Assembly (NCBI RefSeq): GCF_030684315.1
Contig: NC_081391.1
Coordinates: 13,493,342-13,557,341 of the forward strand
Direction of reading: 5' to 3'
Origin: Stegostoma tigrinum
Taxonomy: Eukaryota
DNA length: 64,000 nucleotides
In this document: in pieces, positions 23,001 through 36,581 of the stretch
Position numbering within the stretch: the stretch's first letter is position 1
How the letters are laid out: every line of letters starts with the position of its first letter
The notes under the pieces: generated by a model
Databases searched by the model: none
What the model saw: the letters and a program-made list of their open reading frames with translations, nothing else
Told to the model about the DNA's origin: nothing
Made by a program: the position numbers and the translations under genes

Positions 23001-25224
23001 AGTTCTTCAAACATCAGTCTCAGGAGAAGCGGGAACATGCAGAGAAGCTGCTGAAATTCCAGAATCAGCGTGGAGGCGGAGTCTTCCTCCAGGATGTGAA
23101 GGTTGGAGTTGGGTGGGGTGGGGAATGGGATGGTAATGGCTGCTCTTGTGGTGTGGTTTCAAGTCAGTGACAAGGTTTTCATTTGAGTCAAAACTTTGTT
23201 CAGCCTGTTTGATCTCCTTTTTGAAGCCAGTGTGGAAAGAAGCCCTTTGGCCCACCATGTCTATGCTGACCCCACAAACACGAACAACATTAATCCCACT
23301 TACCTGCCCTTGGTCCACAGGCCACTGTCCTGGCACTAAGTATTTGTCCAGCTGGACCCTAAACTGATCTGGAGTAGCTGTCTCCACCACCATCCAACCC
23401 TTTATGTGGTTCATCTCATATTTCAAACAGCCCCTCAGAGGGGTGGGGGTGGGGTGAAGTTTCCTCCAATCCCCTCTAACCTGCTTACTCCTCAAACCTG
23501 GTTTCTCTCCTGTCTTGGTGTCTGCCATGGGAAGACATTCCATCGACTGGCCACTCTCTATTCTTCAATTACATCAGGTCACTCCCTCAGCTGTTCCTGC
23601 TCCACAGAAAATCCCAGCCTATCTAACCTCCAATCAATGGATCTTGGGCAACAGCCTGGGGAACCTCACCAGCTTCCCCCTGCAGTGCCATCCTGTCCAG
23701 GTGACTGGTGAGGCCAAAGAGGAATAATGTGGTGACCAGAAAAACAAACTGAGGAGACTGGTCCCCTTCCTGTTCCACCACACCCAACTAATAGAGGTTG
23801 CTTGCCCTCTGTCACTGTTACACCCTGTTGACCTTGTCTGAACTTTGAGGGATCTATGGTTGTGGGCCTTTCTTAACTGTTAGCAGCACAACACACTTTG
23901 CAAACACCTCGCTGTCCCTTTGATGAATTAAATAGCCGTGATGTTTCTGATCATCCTGCTCAGGCATGTATGAAGCCACCAGCACAAGTGGTACTTGAAC
24001 CTTGGCCTTGTCAGCCAGAGACAGGGGCACTACCACTGTACCATGACAGCATTTAGGATTCACTTGTGAATATCCTCGCAATTCCATCAGATGGACCCTG
24101 ATGCAAATCTTGTCATTATCCCCCACAATGACCTGTTATTCACCTTCCTCCTTCAGATCAAGGACCGACAGGCAAGGTGAAAGCAATTCTGAAGGAACTG
24201 TTCTTCAGCTGTGCTCCAGGGCTGCCTCAGGGGCTAGCAGTGTTCTCAGTGCTAGGGACACAGGTCTGGATCTGGCCTCTGGTGAGGGACTGGTGTTTAC
24301 ATGTCCACCCCATGTCTGCGTTGGTGTCCTCAGAGTATAAGAGGATTGGCCATCTGAAATGCAGGGTTACAGGAATAGGGTGGGAGAAGGACGAGTTGGG
24401 ATCCTCTTCAGAGCAGTTACAGACTGATCCACGTTGTAGAGATTCTGAAGCTTAACAGTCCTTCTTTCCCTCCTCCAGAAGCCAGAGAGGGATGAGTGGG
24501 GTAACAGCCTGCAGGCAATGCAGGTTGCCCTGGATCTGGAGAAGAATGTGAACCAGAGTTTGCTGGATCTACACCAAGTTGCCACTGCCCAGGCTGACCC
24601 TCATGTAAGCTTCACCTCCTCATTGACTTCACTGCTAGGCCCTCAGGGCAACACCTTCATTGGTTGGTCTTTTGTGGATTAGAAATTCAGTTAGACTTTG
24701 TTTTTGTGCAGATGACATGGATCACTTCAGATCCATAGTGATTACAAAATCATTGCTGAGCAGTTGACTCCAAGTATGTATTTTAACTTGTAAACCTGTG
24801 GGGAGGACTGAGGGGATATTGGCGACTGAATTCTCATTCAGGGCCACTGCAGTGGAATGACTTTTATCCATCACAAGTCAACTCTGCTCCAGTAAATAAA
24901 CAGCAAGATGAAGCAGCTAAAAAGCAGTTGTCCTCTTTGCACAATTTCTCCAGGCGTTGGCTCTAGTCATCCCTGACAATCTCCCTCCATATGCATGTTT
25001 TTCAGTGGGGATTCTGAAGTTGTCTTGGATAGTGTTGATGTACCAAGTGTCATATTCCTCTGTTGCAGCTGTGTGACTTCCTGGAGACCCACTATTTGGA
25101 TGAGGAGGTGGAGATCATCAAGCAACTTGGGGACTACATCACCAACCTGAAGCGCCTGGGAGCCCCTGAGAATGGGATGGGAGAGTACCTGTTTGACAGG
25201 CTCTCCCTGGAGGACAGCAGTTAG
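20066..25224 (+). CDS. Ferritin subunit, copy 4, intact 176 aa: exons 20066-20167, 22955-23101, 24479-24604, 25069-25224
   Basis: Four in-frame ferritin exons; GT-AG introns; TATA at 19972; AATAAA at 25351-25356. Confidence 0.93.
20656..21430 (+). mobile_element. 5'-truncated CR1 LINE (end of ORF2 + 3' UTR), intron 1 of copy 4
   Basis: Decayed [10 protein letters not shown]...QFWS...LRGDLIE motifs; ends in an atgttctatg microsatellite tail. Confidence 0.85.
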
Positions 25225-26892
25225 TGTGGCCTGGAGTACTGTCTGCTTGTCTGAATGCATTCCCCACTTCACCCTGGGCAATCTGCCTCTCTCCAGGGAG
25301 AAAGGACTTTGAGCAAAGAATGTAATGGCTGTACCAGCCGAATGGAAATGAATAAAATGATCTCTTGATCTCAGTTACTGTGCATCATTTTGAGACCACT
25401 GATACCGCTTTGGTCAAGCAAGCTTTCTTGCCTCACTTCACCATTGCTTTTCCCCAACCCCCTGTGGACAGACTCCAGGCCTATGGGAGCCAGTTGGGGT
25501 TCAAATGGGGCCTGTGACCGACCCTGACGACAACCATCAACTGGTGGCCCTGCTGACCAGTTCCCTTTGTCACTGAAGTCTGCTGCTCCTCCCAGGGGCC
25601 CTTGGGTTTTCTGAACTTTCTTGGTTCAACTGCATAGATTTGTTTTTCCCCCAGAAGGAATCCAAAATTCCTTCAAGTGGCTTCCTCAGTTTTTTGCTTT
25701 CTTTCCTTCGCCCTGGGCTCAGTCCCTCCCCATAACTGGAAGTCCACCAGCCCTGAGCTGGGGAAATTCAGCCCAAACATTCTGAACAGTCACATTCCAG
25801 AGAATCATCTCCAGATTCTCTGGGGCTACTTGATTGATAGTGGATGCTCTTGATACCATAAATACAAGGATTGGTGACCTGGGGCTTGGATGATTGCCCA
25901 TGGTTCAAAATACTCACATTTGGTTTATGCTTGCAGCTACAACTGGCCTCTGACTGTTGAAGGGTTTGTACAAAAAGCTGCTACCTTGGTTCTTGGAACC
26001 TTTCCATGGGCTGATGAAATTTTTTTTTTGACCCAGTGAGGGAGCAGGGATTTCTGGGGAAGATGGGGGCTGTCTCCTTCAGTCAAGATGCCTGGACATG
26101 CTGACTTTGCCTTACAGCTGTTTCCTTGATCATTCAAGGTGTCAGATCATGGGTTAGGGAGGGTGTGATCAGAGACAGCCCGGAGATTATCTTGAGTTTT
26201 GGCACAAGTGCACACTGTAGCCTTAGGAAGAGTGTGGGTCATTAAGGTACTGAATAGATTTGTTCCATCACAAAAATCCTTGTTGTTTGGCCCAGTCTCT
26301 ATCCTTGGTGATAGAATCCCTGCTCTCTGGCAAGAGGCCATTTGACCCAGGTAGCATCAACCTTCTGACCAGAATCCTGCTCAGTCCCACCCCAGTCCTT
26401 TAACCCTGTGTCTTCCCCATGGCTAATCCAGCTTGCCCCTTGTCAATATCACCAACTTAGCATTGCCTATCCACTTGACCAGCAAATAGTTCAAATGGTG
26501 GGTGGGAAACCAAACAGACACTGTAAATGTACAAACTCCCCAGGGTGCCCTAAGGCTGTAATAAATCCCATGTCGCTGTGAGGTAAGTGTTCGCTACTGA
26601 GACACTGTCTCACCCGAAAGTACCGAACAAAGGAATATGCTGTTGCATACTGTCAGAGTCCTACAGCAGAGATACAGGTTGTTTGGCTCAAACCGTCCAG
26701 GTCGAGCAGTGTTCCAAATCTGAACTAGTTGTGTTTGCCACATATCCCTCAACCAGTCCTTTCCCTGGAAATCACCAAATGTCTTTTAACAACTGCAATT
26801 GCACCTACTTCTCGTGCTTTATGTAGCCACTCATTCTTGACATAAACCATTTTCTGTGGGGCAAAGCTGTTCTTCAGCTTCCCTCCCTCTCC

Positions 26893-26924
26893 ACCCCCCT
26901 CCCCCCCCCCCCCCCCCCCCCCCC
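26893..26924. repeat. Poly-C tract
   Basis: Run of more than 20 C; it produces spurious poly-Pro and poly-Gly ORFs. Confidence 0.85.
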
Positions 26925-27764
26925 AAACTCCACATGCCTGTGTGTGAAAACATTACCCCTACCACCCCTAGTTTTGGACTCCACGACCCTGTCCCAGCAT
27001 GCTTACTGTATGCAGTCAATCGTGAGTCTGCCAAGGGCAAGGCCACATTTAGTGCTCAGCAAGTGTTACACTTCAGGAGGTGGTGATGAGCTGGTCATTA
27101 CAGTCCACCTGGTGTAGGAGAGACCGGAATGATAATGTTGCCGAGGAAGGGCTTCTGGGATTTTCATTCGCAAACAGGAATATTTTCCCAAGTCAGGATG
27201 GTGACAGACTTACATGGAGCTGCTTGCATGTTGTTGGTGCTGCCTCCAGCCAGAACATTGAAAACTGTTCCAGCATTACTCACTCCTAACTTCAGTCTTA
27301 TTGATGGTGGACCGGCTTTGGAAAGTTAGAAGTTGCGTAATCACAACAGAATTCCCTGCCTCTGACTTCCCAATTTTTGAGTTGTTCACTCTACAGAATG
27401 CAACGAAAACTGTAACAGATACTGTCACCTTGGAAACATGCTGGCGTTAAGCGCTGATTCAACTTCAACAATGTAAAACCAAACATGGAGACAGAAATGT
27501 TCAACGTGCGATACATTTCTAGCAGCAGCTGAGACACAGAACCCTGAGGCCTACTGTGTATAAGAGGCACTCAGCACATTTAGCATCTTGCTTTTCAAAC
27601 TGGGCTTCATGCGACCCTAAGTCACGGTGATCACAGCAGATTCAGAATGGATCTACAAAGGACATCGGTTGCCTGTATCAGACGATCCAAAAGCACGTTA
27701 TTCTGTCGCTGCACAGAAATAGGAAAATGTTCATATCAACCAAATCAGGGCATTTTACAAAGAT

Positions 27765-29224
27765 GAGGATTGCAAATGTCATTCCCCTGTTCAGAGGATA
27801 GCAAATGTGGTTCCCCTGTGCAAGAAGGGGAGTAGAGACAACCCTGGTAATTGTAGACCAGTCAGCCTTACCTCAGTTGTTGGGAAAGTGTTGAAAAAGG
27901 TTATAAGGGATAGGATTTATAATTATCTAGAAAAGAATAAATTGGTTAGGGATAGTCAGCACGGTTTTGTGAAGGGAAGGTCGTGCCTCACAAACCTTAT
28001 TGAGTTCTTTCAGAAGGTGAGCAAACAGGTATTTGAGAGTAAACCGGTTGATGTGGTGCATATGGATTTCAGCAAGTCGTTCGATTAGGTTCGCCACAGT
28101 CGGCTATTGTACAAAATGCGGAGGAATGGAATTGTGGGAGATATAGCAGTTTGGATCGGAAATTGGCTTGCTGAAAGAAGACACAGGGTGGTAGTTGATG
28201 GAAAATGTTCATCCTGGAGACCAGTTACTAGTGGTGTACTGCAAGGGTCGGTGTTGGGTCCACTGCTGTTTGTCATTTTTATAAATGACCTGGATGAGTT
28301 TGTAGAAGGATGGGTTAGTAAATTTGCAGACGACACTAAGGTCAGTGGAGTTGTGGATAGTGACGAAGGTAGCTGTAGGTCGCAGAGAGACATAGATAAG
28401 CTGCAGAGCTGGGCTGAGAAGTGGCAAATGGAGTTTAATGCAGACAGGTGTGAGGTGATGCACTTTTGTAGGAGTAACTGGAAGGCAAAGTACAGGGCTA
28501 ATGGTAAGATTCTTGGTGGTGTAGATGAGCAGAGAGATCTCGGTGTCCATGTACACAGATCCTTGAAAGTTGCCACCCAGGTTGACAGGGTGGTTGAGAA
28601 GGCATACAATGTTTTGGCTTTTATTAATAGAGGGATTGAGTTCCAGAACCAAGAGGTTATGGCGAAGCTGTACAAAACTCTGGTTAGGCCGCACTTGGAG
28701 TATTGTGTACAGTTCTGGTCACCCCATTATAAGAAGAATGTAGAAGCTTTGGAAAGGGTGCAGAGGAGATTTACTAGGATGTTGCCTGGTATGGAGGGAA
28801 GGTCTTAAGAGGAAATGCTGAGGGACTTGAGGCTGTTTTCATTCGAGAGAAGAAGGCTGAGAGGCGACTTAATTGAAACATATGAAATAATTAGAGGGTT
28901 GGATGAGGAGAGCCTTTTTCCTAGGATGGTGACAGCGAGCACGAGGGGGCATTGCTTTAAATTGAGGTGTGAACGATATAGGACAGATTTCAGAGGTAGT
29001 TTCTCTACTCAGAGTAGTGAGGGAATGGAACGCTTTGCCTGCAACGGTCGTAGATTCGCCAACTTTAGGTACATTTGAGTCGTCATTGGACGAGCATCTG
29101 GACGTACATGGAATAGTGTAGGTTAGATGGGCTTCATATCGGTATGACTGGTCGGCACAACATCGAGGGCCGAAGGGCCTGTACTGTGCTGTAATGTTCT
29201 ATGTTTTATGTTCTATATTCTATG
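27765..29224 (+). mobile_element. 5'-truncated CR1 LINE, reverse transcriptase region, upstream of copy 5
   Basis: ORFs 27807-28088 (RPVSLTSVVGK, QHGF, MDFSKSFD) and 28107-28808 ([25 protein letters not shown]) interrupted by stops; (ttctatg)n tail. Confidence 0.92.
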
Positions 29225-29389
29225 GCTCCAACACCAATGTTCAAAAGTTATGACGACTATTCCCTCAGATTAACAATCCGACGAAATTGTGCAAATCTGT
29301 GATGACTGAGTCTTAATGCACAACCTCAGATACACAAGTGAAGGTTTAGAGTATATTTTATTGTCATTTTCTGGCAAATACATTTACAG

Positions 29390-29596
29390 AATGTGCACTT
29401 GTACAGGAGGTCAAAGGTCATTCAGCAATTCCATCATCGACCAGTTGTCAACTGTGTTTCGTTTCTGGATCCAGTTCCCATCCTGCACTGATTGGACGTG
29501 GCAGCTGATCAACTGATCATCAAGAGTGATTGGCCATCACTGATGATGTCATTTCCTGCTTCATAAAAAGAGGGTCTGCCCCTGGGGTATAAATAG
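29390..29596 (+). promoter_or_regulatory. Promoter of ferritin copy 5
   Basis: Same conserved block; DR1 at 29408-29420; TATAAATA at 29588. Confidence 0.75.
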
Positions 29597-29680
29597 AGTC
29601 CCACGGGAATGATGTTGATTGTTCTTCCTAATTTTGTTATTTTGGTGGTGAGGAGAATAAAAGAAATTTATTGTCACAAG

Positions 29681-32600
29681 ATGGCCTCCCAGATCAGTCA
29701 GAACTATCACCAGGATTGTGAAGCTGCTGTCAACAAGCAGATTAATGTGGAGCTCACTGCCTCCTATCTCTATCAGTCTTTGGTGAGTGCTGTCTCTCGG
29801 GGTTAAACATATAAATCTGTTCTGTTGAAGTAAATTCTTTGCCTGGCCTCTAGTGAAGCTGACAATCTAGTAGATTGAGGTTTTGTGGCTCCTACCTAAA
29901 TATCAGTTCAGGATAGAGGTGGTGTTACTGTCACGATGGTGTAGGATACTGATGTATGTTAACTCAGGTCCCAGTTGGCCTTCAGTGGTATCTGGAGGGT
30001 AAAAGCCTCTTGCTTTTTTTCTTTCTGACACAAGTTTCCTGACTTCATTTGCCTGATCTCTGTGGTGGTCCTAAACAAACATGCTGATTTTTTTTAACAC
30101 TGACAATAACAATAACTTCCCTGTTGCAGTGGCCCTTGTTAGTCTGAACAAACCTGAGGCTAGTCTGTGACTGGTATCTATTTTATGTAGATCTCCTTCA
30201 TTGAGGCTGACTTGGCTTTACTTGCATTTATTCAAGAGGTGGGTGTGGCCTATCCCGTCCCCACTGAGAGTTGATCTGCTGTGTGTGAGAAATGTTGGAT
30301 CCCCTCTTTGCCCCCTCTCCAACCCACCCCACCCCACACTGGGGCTGCGGGAATGTGCTGAGGCTATTAGCCCAGTGACATTGAAGAAATGGAGGTTGTT
30401 CCCAGATCATTTAGGTTGACCTAAAACAAAATGTCCCCTCTATCCCGGTGGTGATGTGACTGTGCCCTTCCAAGGAGTAGAATGTGCTTGGAAGGTATGT
30501 GTTGAAGTAACCTTGGTGAGTGCTGCAGGGGACCTGGTAGGTAATGGACCGTGAAAGGAGGTGGTGAATGCAGTCCCCATGAAGTGGGCTGCCCTGTCCT
30601 GGATGGTGTCTGCTTCTTGCATGTTGTAGCTTCCCTTCTACAGACACACGGGGAATATTCATCTCTCTCTGGGCTTGTGCCTATTGGAAGGAAGTTGTCT
30701 TGTAATGAGGACTAAGTCCCTATAAGCCTCACTTGGGAGGTGGGACCGCTTTATTGGTGAGCCAGTTGTTGGGGTTTAATCACTGTGTCCCAACTCTATT
30801 GGCACATGTTTCCCAAGGATAAAATCCCGACTATCTTCTGCCACAACTTGTAACTACCCACTGAAACCACAGATATTTGCTTGCCTGACTGGTTTTTGGA
30901 TTTGAGGATTAAAGTAACTTTACAGGAGTCCTTCCCCAGAATGTAATTCTTAGCTGATGCTTCCAATAGCGAGCATTAGCTCTTAAACCCTAACATCGAA
31001 TTGTGAACATGACAGTTGAGATGAGTCACATGGGCTGAAAACCTACAGGATTTTTTGGCTGTTTGGGCAAAGTCAGGGCAAGTGTTTTTCCAGGTTACTG
31101 TTTTCACTAGTGACGTTATGTACAGGCCACTAATATTTGACATTTGATCATTTGTTTTGCAATTTGTTTCAGTCATGTGACTTGGTGCAAGCTTTTGACA
31201 GCCTGAGTTTGCACTATTTAGGCAGAGCAATAACCCACTGCTGCAACGATCCAAAGGCTGTTACTGGGCAGGCTTTCCTCGGCATTATCTTAGTGCCAAA
31301 CTCCATACTGGAGACAGCACACCTTTGTAGAGTTCATGTGTACACTTACATCCCAATCTCATTGATCCTGGGTTTGCAGAAAAGATGCTCCCTACTAGTC
31401 GTTGACTATAGCAGGGTTTCAACATCTTTTTTCCAGGTTTCCCCAAAGGCAAAACGTAGTGCCTTGCGTCTTGTAGTTGAGAACTGGAATGGGGAGTGAG
31501 CCAGTCATGTCTGATGTAATTTTAACTTGATCTTCCAGATGTCCTACTTTGACCGGGACGATGTTGCCCTCGCCCATTTCTCCCGGTTCTTCAAAGATCA
31601 GTCCCAGGAGAAGCGGGAACATGTAGAAAAGCTGCTGAAATTCCAGAATCAGCGTGGAGGCCGAGTCCTCCTCCAGGATGTGAAGGTTGGGGTTGGGTGG
31701 TGGGGGAGTGCAGGGGGGAATGGCTGCTCTTGCGGTGTCATCTCCAGTGACAAGATTTTCCAGATCCTGAACGAGTGTGAGATGTTCTTTTGCTTGGCTT
31801 CCCTGTTTGCTCTCATCCATCTCCAGTGTTTCAGCATTTATGCAAGCCCTCTGGTCCACCAGGCCTATGCTGATGCAGCAAAGACCGAACTGTACTCACC
31901 CTGTTCTTGGTCCAGGCCCTACTATACCCTAGTGTTTAGCACTCGCCCAGCTAGTCCTTTTAAACAGTGCTGCAGTAGCCGTTTCCAGCACTTTGTTCTT
32001 CCGTTCCCCAACACACCCACCAAATTTCCTCCAATCCCCTCTATCCTGCTTCCTCAAACCTGTGCCCTCTGGTCTTAGTGTCTGCCATGGGGAAGACATT
32101 TTCCCCATCTACTGTCCAGACTTCCTTGTCTTCCATCAAACAACCACCTCAGCCTCACCTGCTCAAAGGAAAACCCCCAGCCCATCCAATCTCTCTCCTC
32201 ATTGGTTTTCTGTCTTGGGGAAACAACCTTGGGACCCTCACCAGCACCCCCTGCAGTACCATCCTGTCCTTCTGACCAGTGAGGCCAACGATAGAATGCA
32301 GCAGAGACCGGAAGAAGAATTTTCATAAAATGTGTTCAAAGGACTTGTCCCTGTGCTGTTCCTCACAACCCTGCCCCAAACTAACACATGTTACTTGGCC
32401 TATGTCCCCTTTCACACACAGTTTGCCTTGTGTGAGCATTGAGGGATCGATGATCCTGTGTTTATTGTAAGCACATTACTGCCCCCCACAATGAATTCAA
32501 GTAATGATGGTTCTGACCATGCTGCTCGGGCATGTATGAGGCCACAAGCACAAGTGAGACTTGAATCTCAGCCTTGTCAACCGAAGCTTGGGACACGACC

Positions 32601-33839
32601 GCTACTTTCCCCACAGCCCTTGGGATTCACTCCTGAATATCCTTTTTAAGACTCCAGCAGATGGACACTGGTGCAAATGACTAATCTGGTACATATTTAT
32701 TCCCTGTGGTACAAGGATATGTTCCTGAACTTCCGGCTTCAGGTCAAGGATAAATGGGGCAAGGTGAAAGGAGTCACCAAGTAGCTAATGTTTTCTTTAT
32801 CTGGACTTCAGGGATGGCACAGTGGCTCAGTGGTTGGCACTGTTGACTCAGTGCCAGGGGCACCAGTTTGGTTCTGGCCTGTGACGAGAATTTAAACGTT
32901 ATCCCAAAGCATGGCTTCCCCACACAGTAGAAAAGAGGATTGGCAACTTGAAATGCAGGTTACACGAACAGGGTGGGAATGGGACCAGATGGGATGCTCT
33001 TCAGCAGTTATGGTCTCAATGGGGTGAATGGCCAGCTCCCATGCTGCAGGGATTCTGTTTCTGAAGCTTACCTGTCCTTCTCTCCATCCCCAGAAGCCAG
33101 AGAGGGATGAGTGGGGTAACAGTCTGCAGGCAATGCAGGTTGCCCTGGATCTGGAAAAGAATGTGAACCAGAGTTTGCTGGATCTACACCAACTCGCCAC
33201 AGCACAGACTGACCCTCATGTAAGCTTCACCTCCTCATTCACATCACTGCTAGACTCTCAGGGTAACGTTTCATTGGTTGGTCTGTGTGGATTGGAAATT
33301 CACTGATGTAACACTTTCCATCCATTACTTTCCTGAACTATTGTAACATTGATCACTTGGGATCATACTGATTACAATGAGGTATAAGGGGAATTTGATC
33401 TATAATCTAGTGGAAGTGCTGAAATGACGTTGGCCACTGAGTTCTTCATTAGTATCATTGCAGTGGAATGATCATTGTCCATCACAATCCAACTCAGCTC
33501 CATTTCACAAACAGCAAGATGGAGCAGCTGACATGTTGTCCTCACTGGCACAAATTCTCCAGGTGTTAGCTCGCTTTTCAGGGCTGTCCAGAGCTAGTCA
33601 TGGCTAAGTCTGTCTTGCAGTGGGAATTCTGAAATTGTCTTGGATAGTGTTAATGTACCAAGTGTCATATTCCTCTGTTGCAGCTGTGTGACTTCCTGGA
33701 GACCCACTATTTGGATGAGGAGGTGAGGATCATCAAGCAACTCGGGGACTACATCACCAACATGAAGCGCCTGGGAACCCCTGAGAATGGGATGGGAGAG
33801 TACCTGTTTGACAGGCTCTCCCTGGAGGACAGCAGTTAG
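29681..33839 (+). CDS. Ferritin subunit, copy 5, intact 176 aa: exons 29681-29782, 31539-31685, 33094-33219, 33684-33839
   Basis: Four in-frame ferritin exons (exon 4 variant DEEVRIIK...[10 protein letters not shown]); GT-AG introns; TATA at 29588; AATAAA at 33967-33972. Confidence 0.93.
32810..32970 (+). mobile_element. Decayed HE1-like SINE, intron 2 of copy 5
   Basis: gggatggcacagtggctcagtggttggcactg (A box). Confidence 0.55.
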
Positions 33840-35508
33840 TGTGGCCTGGAGTACTGTCTGCTTGGTCTGAATGTATTCCCTACTTCACCCTGGGCAATCT
33901 GTCTCCTTCCAGGGAGAAGGGGCTTGTAGCAAACAATGTAATGGCTGTACCAGCTGAATAGGAATGAATAAAATGTGTTGATGTTGCTTATTGTCCATCA
34001 TTGAGACCCTTGATATTAAAGAGCTTTTGAGAGCTTCAAGCCTGTAATTTTGGCTAATGAAATTATTAATTTGACAAAATATTTCCCTGGTCTTCCCTCC
34101 AACACCACCCCAGCATCAGTCTCGGAATTCCCGTGGAACTTCCTCTAAGTTAGGAACCCAAGTTATTCCTCCAGCCAGAACTTGAGGTTGGGGCCTGTTG
34201 GGTGTAAAATCAGTTTGTACTATTATCTCACACCCAGGTATGATGAATACACGTGCTGTTAAAATTTTCATTGCTCTCAAAAGAGAAAACACCCCTGCTT
34301 GGCCGAAAGAAAGACTTGACACCCACTTTCACTGAAACAGGGCTGTTGGATGCTTTATGTTCATGTCTAGTTTGCTTAGCAATAGCTTCCCTGTCAACCT
34401 CCACCAACCGAGACTTATTGCTACAGTCCACACAAATCACAAGTTGATGCCAACGTAAATTCTGTGCCAGCTGGCTCGGCTTGCCTCAACAAGAGCTTAA
34501 GGGAAGAGATCCAGCAGCGTCCCCCCTCTAGCCTTGTGGAGGAACCAGCAAGGCTGGGAGCAATAAAATTAAACTGAGCAACGGGGATCTGACACACCTG
34601 GTCTATTCTATTCAAATCAATGTTATTACTTTTTCCTGACAGTGCATCCTAGATTCACTGAGACCCAGTTGAGGTTCAAGCTCAGACCACCCCTGTGGCC
34701 TCCTGACCCCGACCACCAACTGGCTGCCTCAGGACAGCCATCAGCAGTAGCTCACAATGACCAGTTCATTTGTTCCTTCACCTGAGGAACATGCGCTGCT
34801 CTCCCAGGGGATATGGATTAAATACCCATTGTAGCTCGACAAGAAAGCTCACACTGGGGGAACCATTTCCCAGGAGTAATCCAAAGCTGTCCTAATGTGG
34901 CTTTGCTCAGTTTACTTTCTTGCTCTCTGCCAAGTCTTGGTCAAAAACCCCACCACGCCTAGTAATAAACTTTAGGCCAGCCAGCCCAGAGATGGGAATA
35001 TTCAGCACAAGTCTGCTTGAAAAAATTCACCTGAACTGGATGCACTTAATGGCACCGACAGCAGGATAACAGTGACCTGGGAATAACACAGCAACGCTCA
35101 TGGCTAAATGCTGCCATTTGATTGGCTCTTGCTGCTGAAGCCAGCATTGAGCGCACGAAGCTGCTCCCTTGGTTCCTCTGAGCTTCCCCCACGGGGAGCG
35201 TTACTCCTGATGCAGGTTGATTTCACCCGATCACATTGAAGGAGCAGTGTGACTCAGGGAGGAGACCTGCAGATGCTGACTTTCCTGAATGGTTGCTTCC
35301 TTTATCTTTCGAGGTGTCAGAGATCGTGGTTTAGGGAGGGGGCTATCAGAGACATCCTGGGGAATGTTTCAGGGAGTGTTGTAGCGAGTGCACACTGCAG
35401 CCTTCACTGAGGGTGTGGGTCTTTAAGGCACTGAATGTATTTGTTCCACCACGTAGAGTTTTATTTTAAACCATCTTGAGTCTTGGGTGTAGAATCCCTG
35501 CAGTGCGG

Positions 35509-35588
35509 GAAGAGGTTGTTCAGCCCATTTAGTCTGCACTGATCCTCTGAAGAGGTTGTTCAGCCCATTTAGTCTGCACTGATCCTCT
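35509..35588. repeat. Perfect 40-bp tandem duplication
   Basis: gaagaggttgttcagcccatttagtctgcactgatcctct x2; single copy at the paralogous site ~44623-44663. Confidence 0.9.
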
Positions 35589-35634
35589 GAACAGCATCTT
35601 GTTCAGACACACCCTGCCTTCTTACGCCATCTTT

Positions 35635-35790
35635 CCCACGGCCACTCCAAAATAAACTGCATGTCTTTGGACTGTGGGAGGAGGCCCACACAGGCACGGG
35701 GAGGATGTGCAGCCTCCACACGTGACTGGAATTGACCCCAGGTCCCTGGCACTATGAGGCAGTAATGCTGACCATTAAAATACCCTGCCA
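35635..35790 (-). mobile_element. Decayed HE1-like SINE (paralogue at ~44710-44860)
   Basis: tctttggactgtgggagg...ggaattgaccccaggtccctggcact. Confidence 0.55.
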
Positions 35791-36581
35791 TCCAAAAGTT
35801 ACAAAAAACAGGAACACTCTGTTGCATAGAATTAGAGTGAATGACTCATTTCTTACGGAAACAGACCCTTCGGTCCTACCGGTCCATGCTGACGAGGTTT
35901 CCCAACCTGACATAGTCCCACTTGCCTGCCTTTGGCCCATATCCTTCTAAACCATGCCTTTCCATGTAAATCTCCAAGTGTCACTTAAATGTTGTAATTC
36001 TAACTACATCCACCACTGTCTCTGACAGCTCGTTCTAAACATACACACCACCTTCTGTATGAAAATGTTGCCCCTCATGTCCCCATCAAATCTTACCCCT
36101 CTCCCCTCAAACCGATGCCCTCTAATTTTGGACGCCCCCCCGACCCTGTCCCAGCATGCTTTTTATATACAGTCAATCTTGAGTGTGCCAACGGCAAGGC
36201 TACATTTAGTGCTCAGCAACTGTTACACTTCAGGAGGTGGTGATGAGCTGCTTATTACAGTCCACCTGGTGTAGGAGAGACCGGAATGATGCTGCTGCTG
36301 TTGCTGAGGAGGGGCTTCCGGGATCTTCACTCACAAACACTGATATTATTCCAAGTCAGGATAGTGACGGATTTACTTGGAGCTGCATCAGTGTCACTGG
36401 GGCGGCATTGAGCTGGAAAATTGCAAACTACTCCAGCATTATTCCCAACTTCAGTCTTATCGATGGTGGACAGACTCTGGAAAGTCTGAAGTAGAGTTAT
36501 TCACAACAGAATTCCCAGACTCTGACTTGGTCTCAAAGCCATGAGCACATGAATTAGGACTGACCTCTGCCCATGGTTTCT

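Noticed and set aside
26831-27086. Poly-Pro and poly-Gly ORFs
   Set aside because: Translation of a poly-C tract.
28085-28694. Long minus-strand ORFs (196 aa and 161 aa; also 62458-62925)
   Set aside because: Antisense shadows of the CR1 reverse transcriptase.
29609-29680. N-terminal extensions in the ORF track (29609, 11837, 38437, 47232) as signal or targeting peptides
   Set aside because: Not conserved between copies; some start at TTG and others lie at or before the TATA-predicted TSS. The hydrophobicity just reflects T-rich UTR.
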